Positions 10,399-20,121 of a stretch of DNA of 64,000 nt are shown here, piece after piece (position 1 is the stretch's first letter; every line of letters starts with the position of its first letter). Below the pieces are notes generated by a model. The model made no database searches. It was not told the origin of the DNA and was given only the letters and a program-made list of their open reading frames with translations. Source of the DNA: Actinomycetota bacterium (GTDB taxonomy: Bacteria > Actinomycetota > Actinomycetes > Nanopelagicales > Nanopelagicaceae); assembly GCA_039795495.1 (NCBI GenBank), contig JBDKLT010000075.1, forward strand, positions 20,153-84,152. The letters run 5' to 3'. A program made the position numbers and the translations under genes.

Positions 10399-10426
10399 AG
10401 CCCTGAGGTTACCGTAAGGTGGCGAT
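10399..10426. promoter_or_regulatory. Divergent leaderless promoters for metH and the PAC2 gene
   Basis: Minus strand TAACCT (10411-10406) + 7 nt + GTG; plus strand TAAGGT (10415-10420) + 6 nt + GTG. Both match TAnnnT. Confidence 0.6.
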
Positions 10427-11290
10427 GTGGAGATTCATCAGATTCCAGAACTTCGGTCACCAGTGATGATTGTCGCCTTCTCTGGTTGGAATGATGCTGG
10501 AGAAGCCGCAACAGGTGCTGCATCTCATCTTCTTGGGGCCTGGACCGATCTCGCATCTGATGTGGTGCCAGAACTCATCGCCGATGTTGATCCCGAAGAT
10601 TTCTATGATTTTCAAGTTAATCGTCCTATGGTCTATGTAGATGATTCAAGTATTAGAAGTCTTACCTGGCCAGGTACTCAGGTCTTTGGATTGCGAATCC
10701 CCAACCTAGATCGAGATTTGGTAATTGTTAGAGGTGTTGAGCCATCAATGAAATGGAAGACATTTGCCGCGGATCTCTTGGATTTGGCCGACGATCTTGA
10801 AGTCGAGATGATGATTACCATCGGATCTATGTTGGCTGATGCACCACACACACGCCCTATTACAGTAAGTGGCAGCGGTGCACATCCTGAGATTGCGCAA
10901 CGACTAGGTGTTGCAATCAGCAAATATGAAGGTCCAACCGGAATTCTCGGTGTAATTCAAGATGCATGTGTTCGACGAGGCATTGATGCCATATCACTGT
11001 GGGCAGCGATTCCACATTACGCATCTACATCGCCATCACCTAAAGCAACGCTTGCCCTTATCAATGCCATTGAAGATTTCCTCGAGATTGCTCTTCCTCA
11101 AGGGGATCTACTTGAGGAATCGCGTGAATGGGAAGATGAAGTCACTGAGATGGCCAAGGAGGATTCTGAAGTCGCTGAGTACGTCAAAGCTCTTGAAGAG
11201 AGTAAAGATTCTTCCGATATGCCCGAAGCCACTGGTGAATCTATTGCACGAGAGTTGGAGAGATTCTTGCGTAGGCAGAGCGAGAACTAA
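10427..11290 (+). CDS. PAC2 family (proteasome assembly chaperone-like) protein
   Basis: AFSGWNDAGEAA, YDFQVNRP, GVEPSMKW, PHTRP, YEGPTGI, WAAIPHY, SPKA. Confidence 0.92.
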   Translation: MEIHQIPELRSPVMIVAFSGWNDAGEAATGAASHLLGAWTDLASDVVPELIADVDPEDFYDFQVNRPMVYVDDSSIRSLTWPGTQVFGLRIPNLDRDLVIVRGVEPSMKWKTFAADLLDLADDLEVEMMITIGSMLADAPHTRPITVSGSGAHPEIAQRLGVAISKYEGPTGILGVIQDACVRRGIDAISLWAAIPHYASTSPSPKATLALINAIEDFLEIALPQGDLLEESREWEDEVTEMAKEDSEVAEYVKALEESKDSSDMPEATGESIARELERFLRRQSEN

Positions 11291-12528
11291 AGCGCCAATC
11301 CCAGAAGTGAATCTAGCGCCCTAGAAAGTTCTCCGGATTCTCCGCCAGTTAATCCATTTTCTGAATCTTCTACCCACCGAGCAATAGCGGATTTCACAGA
11401 GGGTGTATCCAAATCATTCGAGAGCGAATTAAGAATGCTCTGAATGATTTCATCCGTTGGTGCCACTTCTGATTTAGAAAGTGTTAAACGCAGTTGCTCT
11501 ATTTCTTCTTGAGCCGTGGTAATAATCTCCGATGACCACATAAGATCTTCTCGATAATGATGCCCCATCAAAGCCCATCTAATAGCCATCGGATCCACGC
11601 CCGATGAAATTAAGCGAGAAACGAAGACTAGATTCCCAAGTGATTTGCTCATCTTTTCGCCATTTAATCCGATCATTCCCGCATGCACATAGTGTTGAGC
11701 AAATCTTTGGCCATTGATCGCTCTGCTCTGAGATGCTGACATTTCATGATGCGGGAAGATGAGATCACTTCCCCCACCCTGAATATCGATGGCAAATTCA
11801 TCCTGTGAATTGGGCTCAAGATAATGAAGCGCAATTGCACAACATTCAATATGCCAACCAGGTCTTCCTGGTCCAAAGTTGCTAGGCCAACTTGGCTCAC
11901 CATTTCGCTGAGATAGCCAGAGCAATGCATCAAGAGGGTTCTCTTTACCTAGACGCTGAGGGTCTCCCCCACGTTCGGAGAAAATTTTGAGCATGGTTTC
12001 TATATCCAGATGGGATCGAATTCCAAACTCTGAGTCAGAGTGGACGCGAAAATAGATATCAGAATCAACCAAATATGTTGTTCCGGCTTTATGTAGTTTA
12101 TTGATAGCTTCAATGACTAACGGCATTGCTTCAACGACCCCTATGTAATGTCGAGGTGGGATGACGTGGAGATCTGCCATATCACCTCGGAAGAGATCAA
12201 TCTGAGAGGATGCAAGTGATTGCCAATCGACTCCATCGCGTTCTGCTCGTTCTAGGAGTGGATCATCGATATCGGTAATGTTCTGAACAAAATTCACTTC
12301 TGAGCCATTTGCTCGAAGGAATCTATGTATGAGATCAAATGTCAGGTAGGTAGCTGCATGTCCTAGATGGGTAGCGTCATAGGGGGTAATTCCACATACG
12401 TAAAGACGATAGAGATTCTTTCGAGCAACTTGTTCAACAGATTGAGTTGAAGTGTTGAACAGCGCAAGTTGCGGAACGTTGAATCGCTGATGCAGGGCTG
12501 GAATATAGATATCAGGCCACGAGTGCAT
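11287..12528 (-). CDS. mshC: Cysteine--GlcN-Ins ligase (mycothiol synthesis)
   Basis: MHSWP start, YVCGITPYDATHLGH, GRPGWHIEC, KMSKSLGN; lacks the CysRS anticodon-binding domain. Confidence 0.96.
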   Translation of the reverse strand: MHSWPDIYIPALHQRFNVPQLALFNTSTQSVEQVARKNLYRLYVCGITPYDATHLGHAATYLTFDLIHRFLRANGSEVNFVQNITDIDDPLLERAERDGVDWQSLASSQIDLFRGDMADLHVIPPRHYIGVVEAMPLVIEAINKLHKAGTTYLVDSDIYFRVHSDSEFGIRSHLDIETMLKIFSERGGDPQRLGKENPLDALLWLSQRNGEPSWPSNFGPGRPGWHIECCAIALHYLEPNSQDEFAIDIQGGGSDLIFPHHEMSASQSRAINGQRFAQHYVHAGMIGLNGEKMSKSLGNLVFVSRLISSGVDPMAIRWALMGHHYREDLMWSSEIITTAQEEIEQLRLTLSKSEVAPTDEIIQSILNSLSNDLDTPSVKSAIARWVEDSENGLTGGESGELSRALDSLLGLAL

Positions 12529-12542
12529 AGAACTAGCCTAAC

Positions 12543-13244
12543 TTAAAAGGGAGGCCACGGTACTGACGGCCAATCCTTGCTCGGCTCCGGAAATCTCTCC
12601 AACCCAAAGAGGTTCTGGATTCGTGACACAAGAGCAGAAATTTCTGTGGGAGTTAATAGAGAATCGAGGAATGAATGATCTGACTCCAACTTTTGATAGA
12701 GGTTCTTAAGTTGCGAAATCTCACCATCCGTCAACTTCTGTCCAGCCCATTGCCACAAGACAGTCCGCAGCTTATCGTCCTGATGGAATGTAACTCCATG
12801 GTCACATCCCAGAACGGTTCCATCAGTCTTGGGGAGAAGATGACCTATCTTCCTATCCGTGTTATTAACTACAGCATCAAAGAGAGCAAGTTTACGTAAG
12901 TGATCGTTGTTGCTTGAATAGAAATGAGCAAGATCAACTTCTTCATCTATATCGATCCATTGTTGAACTGCGCCAACTCCAAATGGGCCGTCTCTCAGAA
13001 CTGTGGTTGGTACAACATGAAACTCTCCATATTCACTTATCAAGTAGGCAGCTCGTTCTCGATAAGCAAGTTGGCCCTCCGTGAAATCCCACAGAGGTCG
13101 TTCGCCGGCAATAGGTTTATAGATTACTGAGGTTTTTTGATCATCGAATGAACAGATTGCTAAGAGCGTTGCGTTGGAAGCATCAACAAGACGACCTGTA
13201 ACTTCCAATTCTCCTTTTTCAAGGAGTTCATGTTCGCTCTTCAT
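12543..13244 (-). CDS. SCO1664 family protein (PI3/4-kinase-like fold)
   Basis: ASNAT, YKPIAGERPLWDF, NNTDRKIGH, DHG, LRTVLW, terminal PWPPF. Confidence 0.92.
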   Translation of the reverse strand: MKSEHELLEKGELEVTGRLVDASNATLLAICSFDDQKTSVIYKPIAGERPLWDFTEGQLAYRERAAYLISEYGEFHVVPTTVLRDGPFGVGAVQQWIDIDEEVDLAHFYSSNNDHLRKLALFDAVVNNTDRKIGHLLPKTDGTVLGCDHGVTFHQDDKLRTVLWQWAGQKLTDGEISQLKNLYQKLESDHSFLDSLLTPTEISALVSRIQNLFGLERFPEPSKDWPSVPWPPF

Positions 13245-13780
13245 CGACGATATCCATTTGCGCGTGGGCAGAGATGCCCACTTGAATCAATTGGACCTCC
13301 ACAGAATGGACAGGGCAATCGCCCAGCATTGATTACCGCCTTGGCTCTATCAACAAAGTGAAAGGCTTGAGATGGATGAATCCACACTCGCGCAAGATCC
13401 TGGTCGTCACTTGATTCCTCTGTCTGAATGTCGATAGACGAATCAAGAAGCTTTTGCAGTTCAATCTGGATCGCTTCCTTCGCTTCATCGTAAACGATCC
13501 CGATGAGACCAATTCGAAACTCTTCTTCGATAGGCGTTTGTAGTGGTGCATCATCTCTGGTGCGACGATCGATCACGAGCAATGGATAGTTCTGCCTCAA
13601 CTCACGCAACATCGCGGAGAGTCGGTCGGCTAGAGCCTGAGCCTGCGACTTTTCGAGTGAGAGTGAGAGTAATCGATTACCTTGTTGGATTTGAATAAAG
13701 AAAGTTCTCTCACCGGGCAATCCCACTGTTCCTAAAACAAATCGATCAGCCGGATCGAAGAGGAATACTCGCTCTCTCAT
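13241..13780 (-). CDS. DUF3090 family protein
   Basis: GTVGLPGERTFFIQ, LEKSQ, GRLPCPFCGGPID..GHLCPRANG. Confidence 0.9.
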   Translation of the reverse strand: MRERVFLFDPADRFVLGTVGLPGERTFFIQIQQGNRLLSLSLEKSQAQALADRLSAMLRELRQNYPLLVIDRRTRDDAPLQTPIEEEFRIGLIGIVYDEAKEAIQIELQKLLDSSIDIQTEESSDDQDLARVWIHPSQAFHFVDRAKAVINAGRLPCPFCGGPIDSSGHLCPRANGYRR

Positions 13781-14469
13781 CTCTTACCTTTAGTCAATCT
13801 TCTTGCACCTCCGCCGAGGAGCGCTTTGAAATTCGCATCCTTATTGGTCAATTGGTGGATCGGAGTGTGAGAGTCATTAAAGGAAATGAGACGAGATTTA
13901 GATCCATCAAAATCAATAACAGTTATGGAGGCTGGATCTACCACCAGGGACTGAAAGTGATTGAGATGAATCTTCATAAGGGAAGCAACAATCGATTTGA
14001 TGATATCTCCGTGTGAAACGAAGAGATGAGTTCCTTGACTCTTCTCCTTCAGCGCTTGATGGATTGAAGTAAGAGCCCTCTTTTGCGCGCCTTTGATACT
14101 TTCACCCTGAGGAAATCGCACGATACTTGGAGAGTTCTGAATATCTTTCCAGAGAGGATCACGGGAAAGTGTGGACAATTTTCGTCCACTCCACTTGCCA
14201 TAATCGACTTCAATCAATGATGAATCAATCAGATATTGTGAGATTCCCTGGGAGTATCTCGATGATAACCAAGGGTTTATTGTCTCTTCGCACCGTTGCA
14301 TTGGGCTTACGCGCACACTATCGAAGGAAGATTTACCTATCCGTTCAACGAGTTGATCAGCCTGAATCTTTCCCAATTTACTCAGAGGGATATTTGGAAG
14401 TTGACCACTCAGTATTCCTTTTTCATTGGCAATCGAATGCGCATGACGGAGAAAAATGAGACGAGCCAC
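13777..14469 (-). CDS. Histidine phosphatase family protein (MSMEG_4193-like)
   Basis: RHA catalytic motif, SPMQRC, EVDYGKWSG, SHGDIIK; conserved mshC cluster. Confidence 0.9.
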   Translation of the reverse strand: MARLIFLRHAHSIANEKGILSGQLPNIPLSKLGKIQADQLVERIGKSSFDSVRVSPMQRCEETINPWLSSRYSQGISQYLIDSSLIEVDYGKWSGRKLSTLSRDPLWKDIQNSPSIVRFPQGESIKGAQKRALTSIHQALKEKSQGTHLFVSHGDIIKSIVASLMKIHLNHFQSLVVDPASITVIDFDGSKSRLISFNDSHTPIHQLTNKDANFKALLGGGARRLTKGKR

Positions 14470-14537
14470 AACACGAAGGTTAACGCCCTCTCAACCAATA
14501 CCTCTCTCCGAAGCTTCACCTTGCTAGGGTCTGCCAC

Positions 14538-15482
14538 ATGGAGATGAGAAGAGCAGGAAAAAGCGGACTCTCTCTATCTCGTTTAGGACTTGGGACTATG
14601 ACGTGGGGTCGAGATACCGATACCCATGAGGCAGCAGATCAATTTCGAGCCTATATCGAGGCGGGGGGAAACTTTCTTGATACCTCCTCAACATATGGCG
14701 ATGGTGATAGCGAGCGAGTCATTGGGGGTCTTATCGGGACTCTCGCTCGACGCGAAGATGTAGTCATAGCAACTAAGGCAGGGGTGACATTCCCCGGGGG
14801 CGTTCGCACTGTGAACAATTCCCGGCAATCACTGATCTCTGAGCTCGATAAATCTCTCACTAGGCTCGAGAGTGACTATGTTGATATTTGGCAGATTCAT
14901 TGTTGGGATCCCTTAAATCCACTCGAAGATACGCTCTCTGCTCTCGATTATGCATACACTTCTGGGAAAGCTCGATATGTTGGAATCTCAAATTTCTCTG
15001 GATGGCAAAGTGCTAGAGCGATAACGATTCAAGAATCAAATTCAGCTAAAGCGCCGATTGTGTCCCATCAAATCGAATACTCCTTACTTAATCGCGGCGC
15101 TGAAGAGGAGATACTCCCCTGCGCCGATGAGACAGGAATTGGAATCTTGGCGTGGGCTCCACTCGGACGTGGCGTACTAACCGGGAAATATAGAAAAGGC
15201 ATACCTAGCGATTCTCGCGCTGCAGCCCCACATTTTGTGAAACATGTCGAACCGTATCTTCGTGAGAAACCTCAACGAATCGTTGAGGCGGTCTCAGTTG
15301 CTGCAGAGGGACTTGGCTTTGCTCCTCTTGAAGTTGCACTCGCGTGGGTTCGCGATACTCCTGGAATTACTTGTGCAATTGTTGGAGCGCGTACTGGTGC
15401 TCAATTGCGAGGAATCTTGGCAACAGAAGAAATTACTCTTCCTCAAATTGTGAGAGATGCCCTCAACGACATTTCTGAGTAG
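14538..15482 (+). CDS. Aldo/keto reductase
   Basis: LGLGTMTWG, D..Y..K catalytic residues, GKARYVGISN, WAPLGRGVLTGKY. Confidence 0.93.
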   Translation: MEMRRAGKSGLSLSRLGLGTMTWGRDTDTHEAADQFRAYIEAGGNFLDTSSTYGDGDSERVIGGLIGTLARREDVVIATKAGVTFPGGVRTVNNSRQSLISELDKSLTRLESDYVDIWQIHCWDPLNPLEDTLSALDYAYTSGKARYVGISNFSGWQSARAITIQESNSAKAPIVSHQIEYSLLNRGAEEEILPCADETGIGILAWAPLGRGVLTGKYRKGIPSDSRAAAPHFVKHVEPYLREKPQRIVEAVSVAAEGLGFAPLEVALAWVRDTPGITCAIVGARTGAQLRGILATEEITLPQIVRDALNDISE

Positions 15483-15488
15483 TGACGA

Positions 15489-16784
15489 CTAGCAGTTCTC
15501 CAAGAAATCTGCGAGAACATTGACGCCAAACTCGAGGCCAGATATCGGAACTCTCTCGTCAACTCCATGGAAGAGCGCCATAAAGTCAAGATCCGGCGGC
15601 AATCTCAGTGGAGAAAACCCATATCCGACTATTCCTAACTCAGAGAGTGCTTTGTTATCGGTTCCACCACTCATGAGATATGGAACAGGGATTCCCTCGG
15701 GATCATGGCGTGTAATTGCATTACACATTGCATCCACCAAATCTCCTTCAAAAGTAACTTCGAGTGCAATATCGCGAGATACAGTCTCTATCTCAATATC
15801 GGGGCCGATGATGGAACGAATCGTTGTATTCAATTCTTCTTCATAACCAGGGAGGAATCTTCCGTCAATAACTGCGCTTGCCGTTCCTGGAATTACGTTC
15901 GCCTTATATCCGGCTTCGAGCATCGTTGGGTTGGCGGTGTTCTGCAAAGTCGCACCAATCATCCGCGAAGTTGGGCCAATCTCTTTCAAGAGTGGACGTA
16001 AATCACTCTCGTCATAAGGTTTTCCAGTCGCTTGAGCAATCTTTTGAAAGAGAACCTTTACCGTTTTGGTATATCGCTGTGGCCATGAATATCGACCAAT
16101 CTTCGCAACTGCTTCGGTAAGAGCCGTAAGTGCGTTCTCATCATTCATCATAGAACCATGACCGGCGCGACCTTGGGCCGTGAGCTTCATCCAGTGAATT
16201 CCCTTTTGTGCTGCTTCGACAAAGTAGAGGCGCTTACCATCTCCTACAGTTACGGAGAATCCACCAACTTCAGAGATCGCCTCTGTGCAACCGGCAAAGA
16301 CTTCAGGATGCTCTGCAGCCATCCACCGAGAACCGTAAGTCATGCCCGCTTCTTCATCAGCGAAGAAGGCAAGAACAATTCTGCGAGGTGGCTTATATCC
16401 AGTTCTCGCCCACTTGCGCACAATTGCAAGAATCATTGCGTCGACATTCTTCATATCGACTGCACCGCGACCCCAGATCATCCCATCGCGAATCTCGGCA
16501 GCAAATGGATCAACAGACCAATCAGCTGCATGTGCGGGAACTACATCTATATGTCCGTGTACGACAAGACCCGGGCGACTTGAATCAGCTCCTTCAATCT
16601 CAGCGATAACATTGCAACGATTTGGCGCAGATTCATAAATGCGAGATGCAATGCCAACCTCTGCAAGTGAAGCGACGATGTAATCTGCTACTGCCTTTTC
16701 ATCGCCTTTTCCTTCACCAAAATTGACCGATGGGATACGGATGAGATCTTGGCAGATGGAAACTACTTCTTCTTCGAGAGTCAT
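15489..16784 (-). CDS. M20/M25/M40 family metallo-hydrolase
   Basis: HGHIDVVP, GRGAVDMK, ADEEAG, GGTD, HGVDER. Start set at ATG 16784 after a purine-rich SD (AGGGGAG). Confidence 0.92.
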   Translation of the reverse strand: MTLEEEVVSICQDLIRIPSVNFGEGKGDEKAVADYIVASLAEVGIASRIYESAPNRCNVIAEIEGADSSRPGLVVHGHIDVVPAHAADWSVDPFAAEIRDGMIWGRGAVDMKNVDAMILAIVRKWARTGYKPPRRIVLAFFADEEAGMTYGSRWMAAEHPEVFAGCTEAISEVGGFSVTVGDGKRLYFVEAAQKGIHWMKLTAQGRAGHGSMMNDENALTALTEAVAKIGRYSWPQRYTKTVKVLFQKIAQATGKPYDESDLRPLLKEIGPTSRMIGATLQNTANPTMLEAGYKANVIPGTASAVIDGRFLPGYEEELNTTIRSIIGPDIEIETVSRDIALEVTFEGDLVDAMCNAITRHDPEGIPVPYLMSGGTDNKALSELGIVGYGFSPLRLPPDLDFMALFHGVDERVPISGLEFGVNVLADFLENC

Positions 16785-16926
16785 ATCCGTATTCTCCCCT
16801 GTTTGAAGGCCTCGAAGCACATATGGCTCGGCTCACTTTTGCGTCGTTCGTCGCCACTAGATATAATCGCTCAGTTATTTCGGCTCGAGCGCCTAGAATT
16901 TCCAATCTAGTGCGAGCGAGTTACTC

Positions 16927-17010
16927 GTCCGGGTGGCGGAATTGGCAGACGCGCTAGCTTGAGGTGCTAGTTCTCGCAAGGGATTCGGGGTTCAAGTCCC
17001 CGTTCGGACA
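16927..17010 (+). tRNA. tRNA-Leu (anticodon GAG)
   Basis: Cloverleaf: acceptor GTCCGGG/TTCGGAC; D-arm GCG-GAATTGGCAGA-CGC; anticodon arm CTAGC-TTGAGGT-GCTAG; variable arm TCTC-GCAA-GGGA; T-arm CGGGG-TTCAAGT-CCCCG; discriminator A. CCA is not encoded. Confidence 0.96.
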
Positions 17011-17029
17011 CAGTTACGGTGGTAGATAG

Positions 17030-17563
17030 ATGGCGATAACTCTTCATCAGGCACTTTCGCGCATTCGCCCAATCGCCGATTACCCACAGCCAGGAATCCT
17101 CTTTCAAGATATCACTCCACTTCTCGCAGATGCAGAGTCATTCGAAGCAGTCATCGCCCATATGTCGGATCTAGATCGGGACTCAGAAATTGCGGTGGGT
17201 ATAGAAGCGCGAGGTTTCATTCTTGCAAGTTCTGTAGCTACCCACCGAAAGATTGGTTTCGTTCCTTTGCGAAAGAAAGGCAAACTCCCAGCCGCAACAT
17301 TCGCGCGAACTTATGGTCTTGAATACGGGGTTGATGAAATTGAAATCCATCAAGATGCTTTGAAACCTGGCAGAAAAGTTACTCTCATTGATGACGTTCT
17401 TGCTACCGGCGGAACTCTTGAAGCGGGAATTGATCTTGTACAAGATGCTGGTGGCATAGTCACTTCAATCATTGTTCTTTTGGAAATTTCAGCTCTCAAC
17501 GGTCGTAGTCGAATTCACGAGAGATTTCCCAAGATTCCCATGCATTCACTGGTGACCATCTAG
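17030..17563 (+). CDS. apt: Adenine phosphoribosyltransferase
   Basis: DYPQPGILFQDITPLL, GIEARGF, RKKGKLP, YGLEYG, IDDVLATGGT. Confidence 0.96.
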   Translation: MAITLHQALSRIRPIADYPQPGILFQDITPLLADAESFEAVIAHMSDLDRDSEIAVGIEARGFILASSVATHRKIGFVPLRKKGKLPAATFARTYGLEYGVDEIEIHQDALKPGRKVTLIDDVLATGGTLEAGIDLVQDAGGIVTSIIVLLEISALNGRSRIHERFPKIPMHSLVTI

Positions 17564-19410
17564 TGAAAATCCCTCAGATTCAAGCGCTTCGCGCGTTAGC
17601 TGCAACGCTTGTAGTTATCTACCATGCTCACCTTATTCCTGGTGGCTACATCGGCGTGGATATCTTCTATGTAATATCTGGATATCTCATTACAGGCTTA
17701 CTTCTACGAGAACTAGAGAAGACTGGGAAGCTCGATCTCAAGGCCTTCTATATTCGACGAATCAAGCGTCTATTACCAACTTCATTTTCAATTCTTTCGA
17801 TAACAGCGATTGTGGCATGGAACCTATATCCGCCTAACATGCGTTCTGAACTTGCCAAAGATATTGCTGCGGCAGGAATCTATATCTCAAATTATCTCTT
17901 TGCTTTCTGGCAGATGGATTATCAGAATCTCAGTTCAATTCCACCTGTAGTGATTCACTATTGGTCTCTGGCAGTCGAAGAACAGTTCTATCTCTTCTGG
18001 CCATTCATTATCTACGCCCTCTATCGACGAGGTGGGCGAAGAATTGTTGGCTTCGGAATTGTGTCTATCACCGCACTCTCCTTCCTCTTCAGTCTCTATC
18101 AAACGAGCGTTAAACCTATATGGGCCTTCTACTCACTTCCGACCCGTGCTTGGGAGCTCGGAATAGGAGCGCTCCTTCTCTACATTCCTCAGCGATTCCG
18201 ATGGTCGCAAAACTATATTTGGATTTCGCTTGCCCTCATCATTTACGGTTCCTTGGTCTTTGAAGATAGCACCCCATTTCCAGGTACTGCAGCACTTGTG
18301 CCTGTCTTAGCTACTGCCATAGCAATTGCGGCAGTTAATAGTTGGCCAAAGATTCTTAACTCGATGGGTAGCCATCGTACGGTTCAATGGCTTGGCGAAA
18401 TCTCATATCCGCTCTATCTATGGCACTGGCCGCTACTAGTTATTCCTGTTGTCTACTTTGGACGCGGATTACACATGTACGAGCGCGCAATCTGCATTAT
18501 TGCAACGCTATTACTTGCAGATCTCACCCACCGATATATAGAAGAACCTTTGCGCCATCGAAGTTTTACTCCTAAGAGGGTGGTTCGTCTAGGCGTACTG
18601 GCTACTACAACTTCATTGCTGCTCAGCGGGGCTATCTACTTTTCGCATTCAGATCTCATCAAAGTTGGTAACGGCGCTACATACTCACTCCAATCAATTA
18701 TGGAGAAACCGGTCGTGTACGCAGATGGATGTCACGTCAATAATGGAGAAATTACTTCGCCAGAATGTACATATGGAGATCGTTCTTCAGAGAAGACAAT
18801 TGTGCTATTCGGAGATTCACACGCAGCACAGTGGTTTCCAACTCTAGAGAAGATTGCTCTTGATAGAGGTTTCACTTTGGTCTCATTAACGAAATCAGCA
18901 TGTCCAGGTCCTGCTGTTCGAAAAGTCGAGTCAGGTGAGTACAAGAACGCTGACTGTTCGAAATGGCGCGAATATGCATTTAGTCGAATCGCGCAGATAA
19001 AACCGTCAGCAATTCTGGTGAGCGGATTCCAACATTTCCAGCTGCCTTCCGGGTATCCAAGTCGACAGAGTTGGTGGCGTGAGGGAGAGGCGAAGACTTT
19101 CCAGAATCTAAAGGGCTCCTCCCCTTTGATTATCTATATCTCCGATACTCCTCATCCGAATCGTGATATTCCTAGCTGCATTGCTGCAGGTCGACTTGAT
19201 AAATGCAATGGCACCGATCCATCCCCCGCAATCTTCACCTCGGGCTACCTGCGGATCAATCCAACTCCATGGCTATGCAATCGCTCATGTCCAGCAGTAA
19301 TTGGAAATCAAGTTGTCTATAGAGATGCGTCTCATCTATCCGTTGGCATGGCAAAGCAATTGGCTCCCCAGATGGAAAGTTCATTGACCCAACTCGGGCT
19401 CTTTAAGTAG
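17563..19410 (+). CDS. Acyltransferase-3 + SGNH-domain O-acetyltransferase (OafA/OatA-like)
   Basis: IQALRALA, GYIGVDIFYVISGYLI, RRIKRLLP, HYWSLAVEEQFY; C-terminal GDSHA and DASH catalytic motifs. Confidence 0.92.
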   Translation: MKIPQIQALRALAATLVVIYHAHLIPGGYIGVDIFYVISGYLITGLLLRELEKTGKLDLKAFYIRRIKRLLPTSFSILSITAIVAWNLYPPNMRSELAKDIAAAGIYISNYLFAFWQMDYQNLSSIPPVVIHYWSLAVEEQFYLFWPFIIYALYRRGGRRIVGFGIVSITALSFLFSLYQTSVKPIWAFYSLPTRAWELGIGALLLYIPQRFRWSQNYIWISLALIIYGSLVFEDSTPFPGTAALVPVLATAIAIAAVNSWPKILNSMGSHRTVQWLGEISYPLYLWHWPLLVIPVVYFGRGLHMYERAICIIATLLLADLTHRYIEEPLRHRSFTPKRVVRLGVLATTTSLLLSGAIYFSHSDLIKVGNGATYSLQSIMEKPVVYADGCHVNNGEITSPECTYGDRSSEKTIVLFGDSHAAQWFPTLEKIALDRGFTLVSLTKSACPGPAVRKVESGEYKNADCSKWREYAFSRIAQIKPSAILVSGFQHFQLPSGYPSRQSWWREGEAKTFQNLKGSSPLIIYISDTPHPNRDIPSCIAAGRLDKCNGTDPSPAIFTSGYLRINPTPWLCNRSCPAVIGNQVVYRDASHLSVGMAKQLAPQMESSLTQLGLFK

Positions 19411-19449
19411 TGGCGAGCGAAATTATCGAAATGATGACAGGATATAGAA

Positions 19450-20097
19450 ATGGCTGAGCTGATCTATTACTGCGGAACAATGGATAGCGGCAAATCCACT
19501 CTTGCACTACAAACTGCACATAACCATAAGAGCCGCGGACGAACGGGCCTCATTTTCACCAATAAAGATCGTGCTGGAAGTGGTGTCATAAGCTCACGAT
19601 TGGGATTGCAATCAGAGGCAATTGAAGTCGAACCTGAACTCGACATTCATAAGTATGTCGTAGAGCATCTTTCGATGGGTGAGCGAATTGATTACATCAT
19701 CTGCGATGAAGCTCAGTTTTATCAACCAGTTCAGATCGATGGCCTAGCTAAGATTGTTGATGGACTAGGCATCGATGTATATGCATTTGGAATCCTCGCT
19801 GACTTTCGCACAAAGCTATTTCCAGGATCTGCACGACTTGTCGAACTCGCTGATCGAGTCAACACTTTGCAAGTTGAAGCTCTATGTTGGTGCGGTTCAA
19901 GAGCGACACATAACGCACGTACCGTTAATGGAGTGATGGTTACCGAGGGCGAACAAGTAGTCGTCGGCGATGTCGGTAAGAGTGACGAAATTGCCTATGA
20001 AGTTCTATGTCGTCGACACCACATGCGAAATGTCACTGCTCGTGCATCTAGGGCAGGACATGTCAGCGGGGATCCCCTACCTTTCAATCAGATTTAG
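19450..20097 (+). CDS. tdk: Thymidine kinase
   Basis: GTMDSGKST, DEAQF, DFRTKLFPGS, CWCG and YEVLCRRH. Confidence 0.95.
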   Translation: MAELIYYCGTMDSGKSTLALQTAHNHKSRGRTGLIFTNKDRAGSGVISSRLGLQSEAIEVEPELDIHKYVVEHLSMGERIDYIICDEAQFYQPVQIDGLAKIVDGLGIDVYAFGILADFRTKLFPGSARLVELADRVNTLQVEALCWCGSRATHNARTVNGVMVTEGEQVVVGDVGKSDEIAYEVLCRRHHMRNVTARASRAGHVSGDPLPFNQI

Positions 20098-20121
20098 CCA
20101 TTCTCTAGAAAAGGAACCACT

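Noticed and set aside
11287-12528. Cysteinyl-tRNA synthetase call
   Set aside because: Short length, missing anticodon domain, MshC-type motifs and cluster context indicate MshC.
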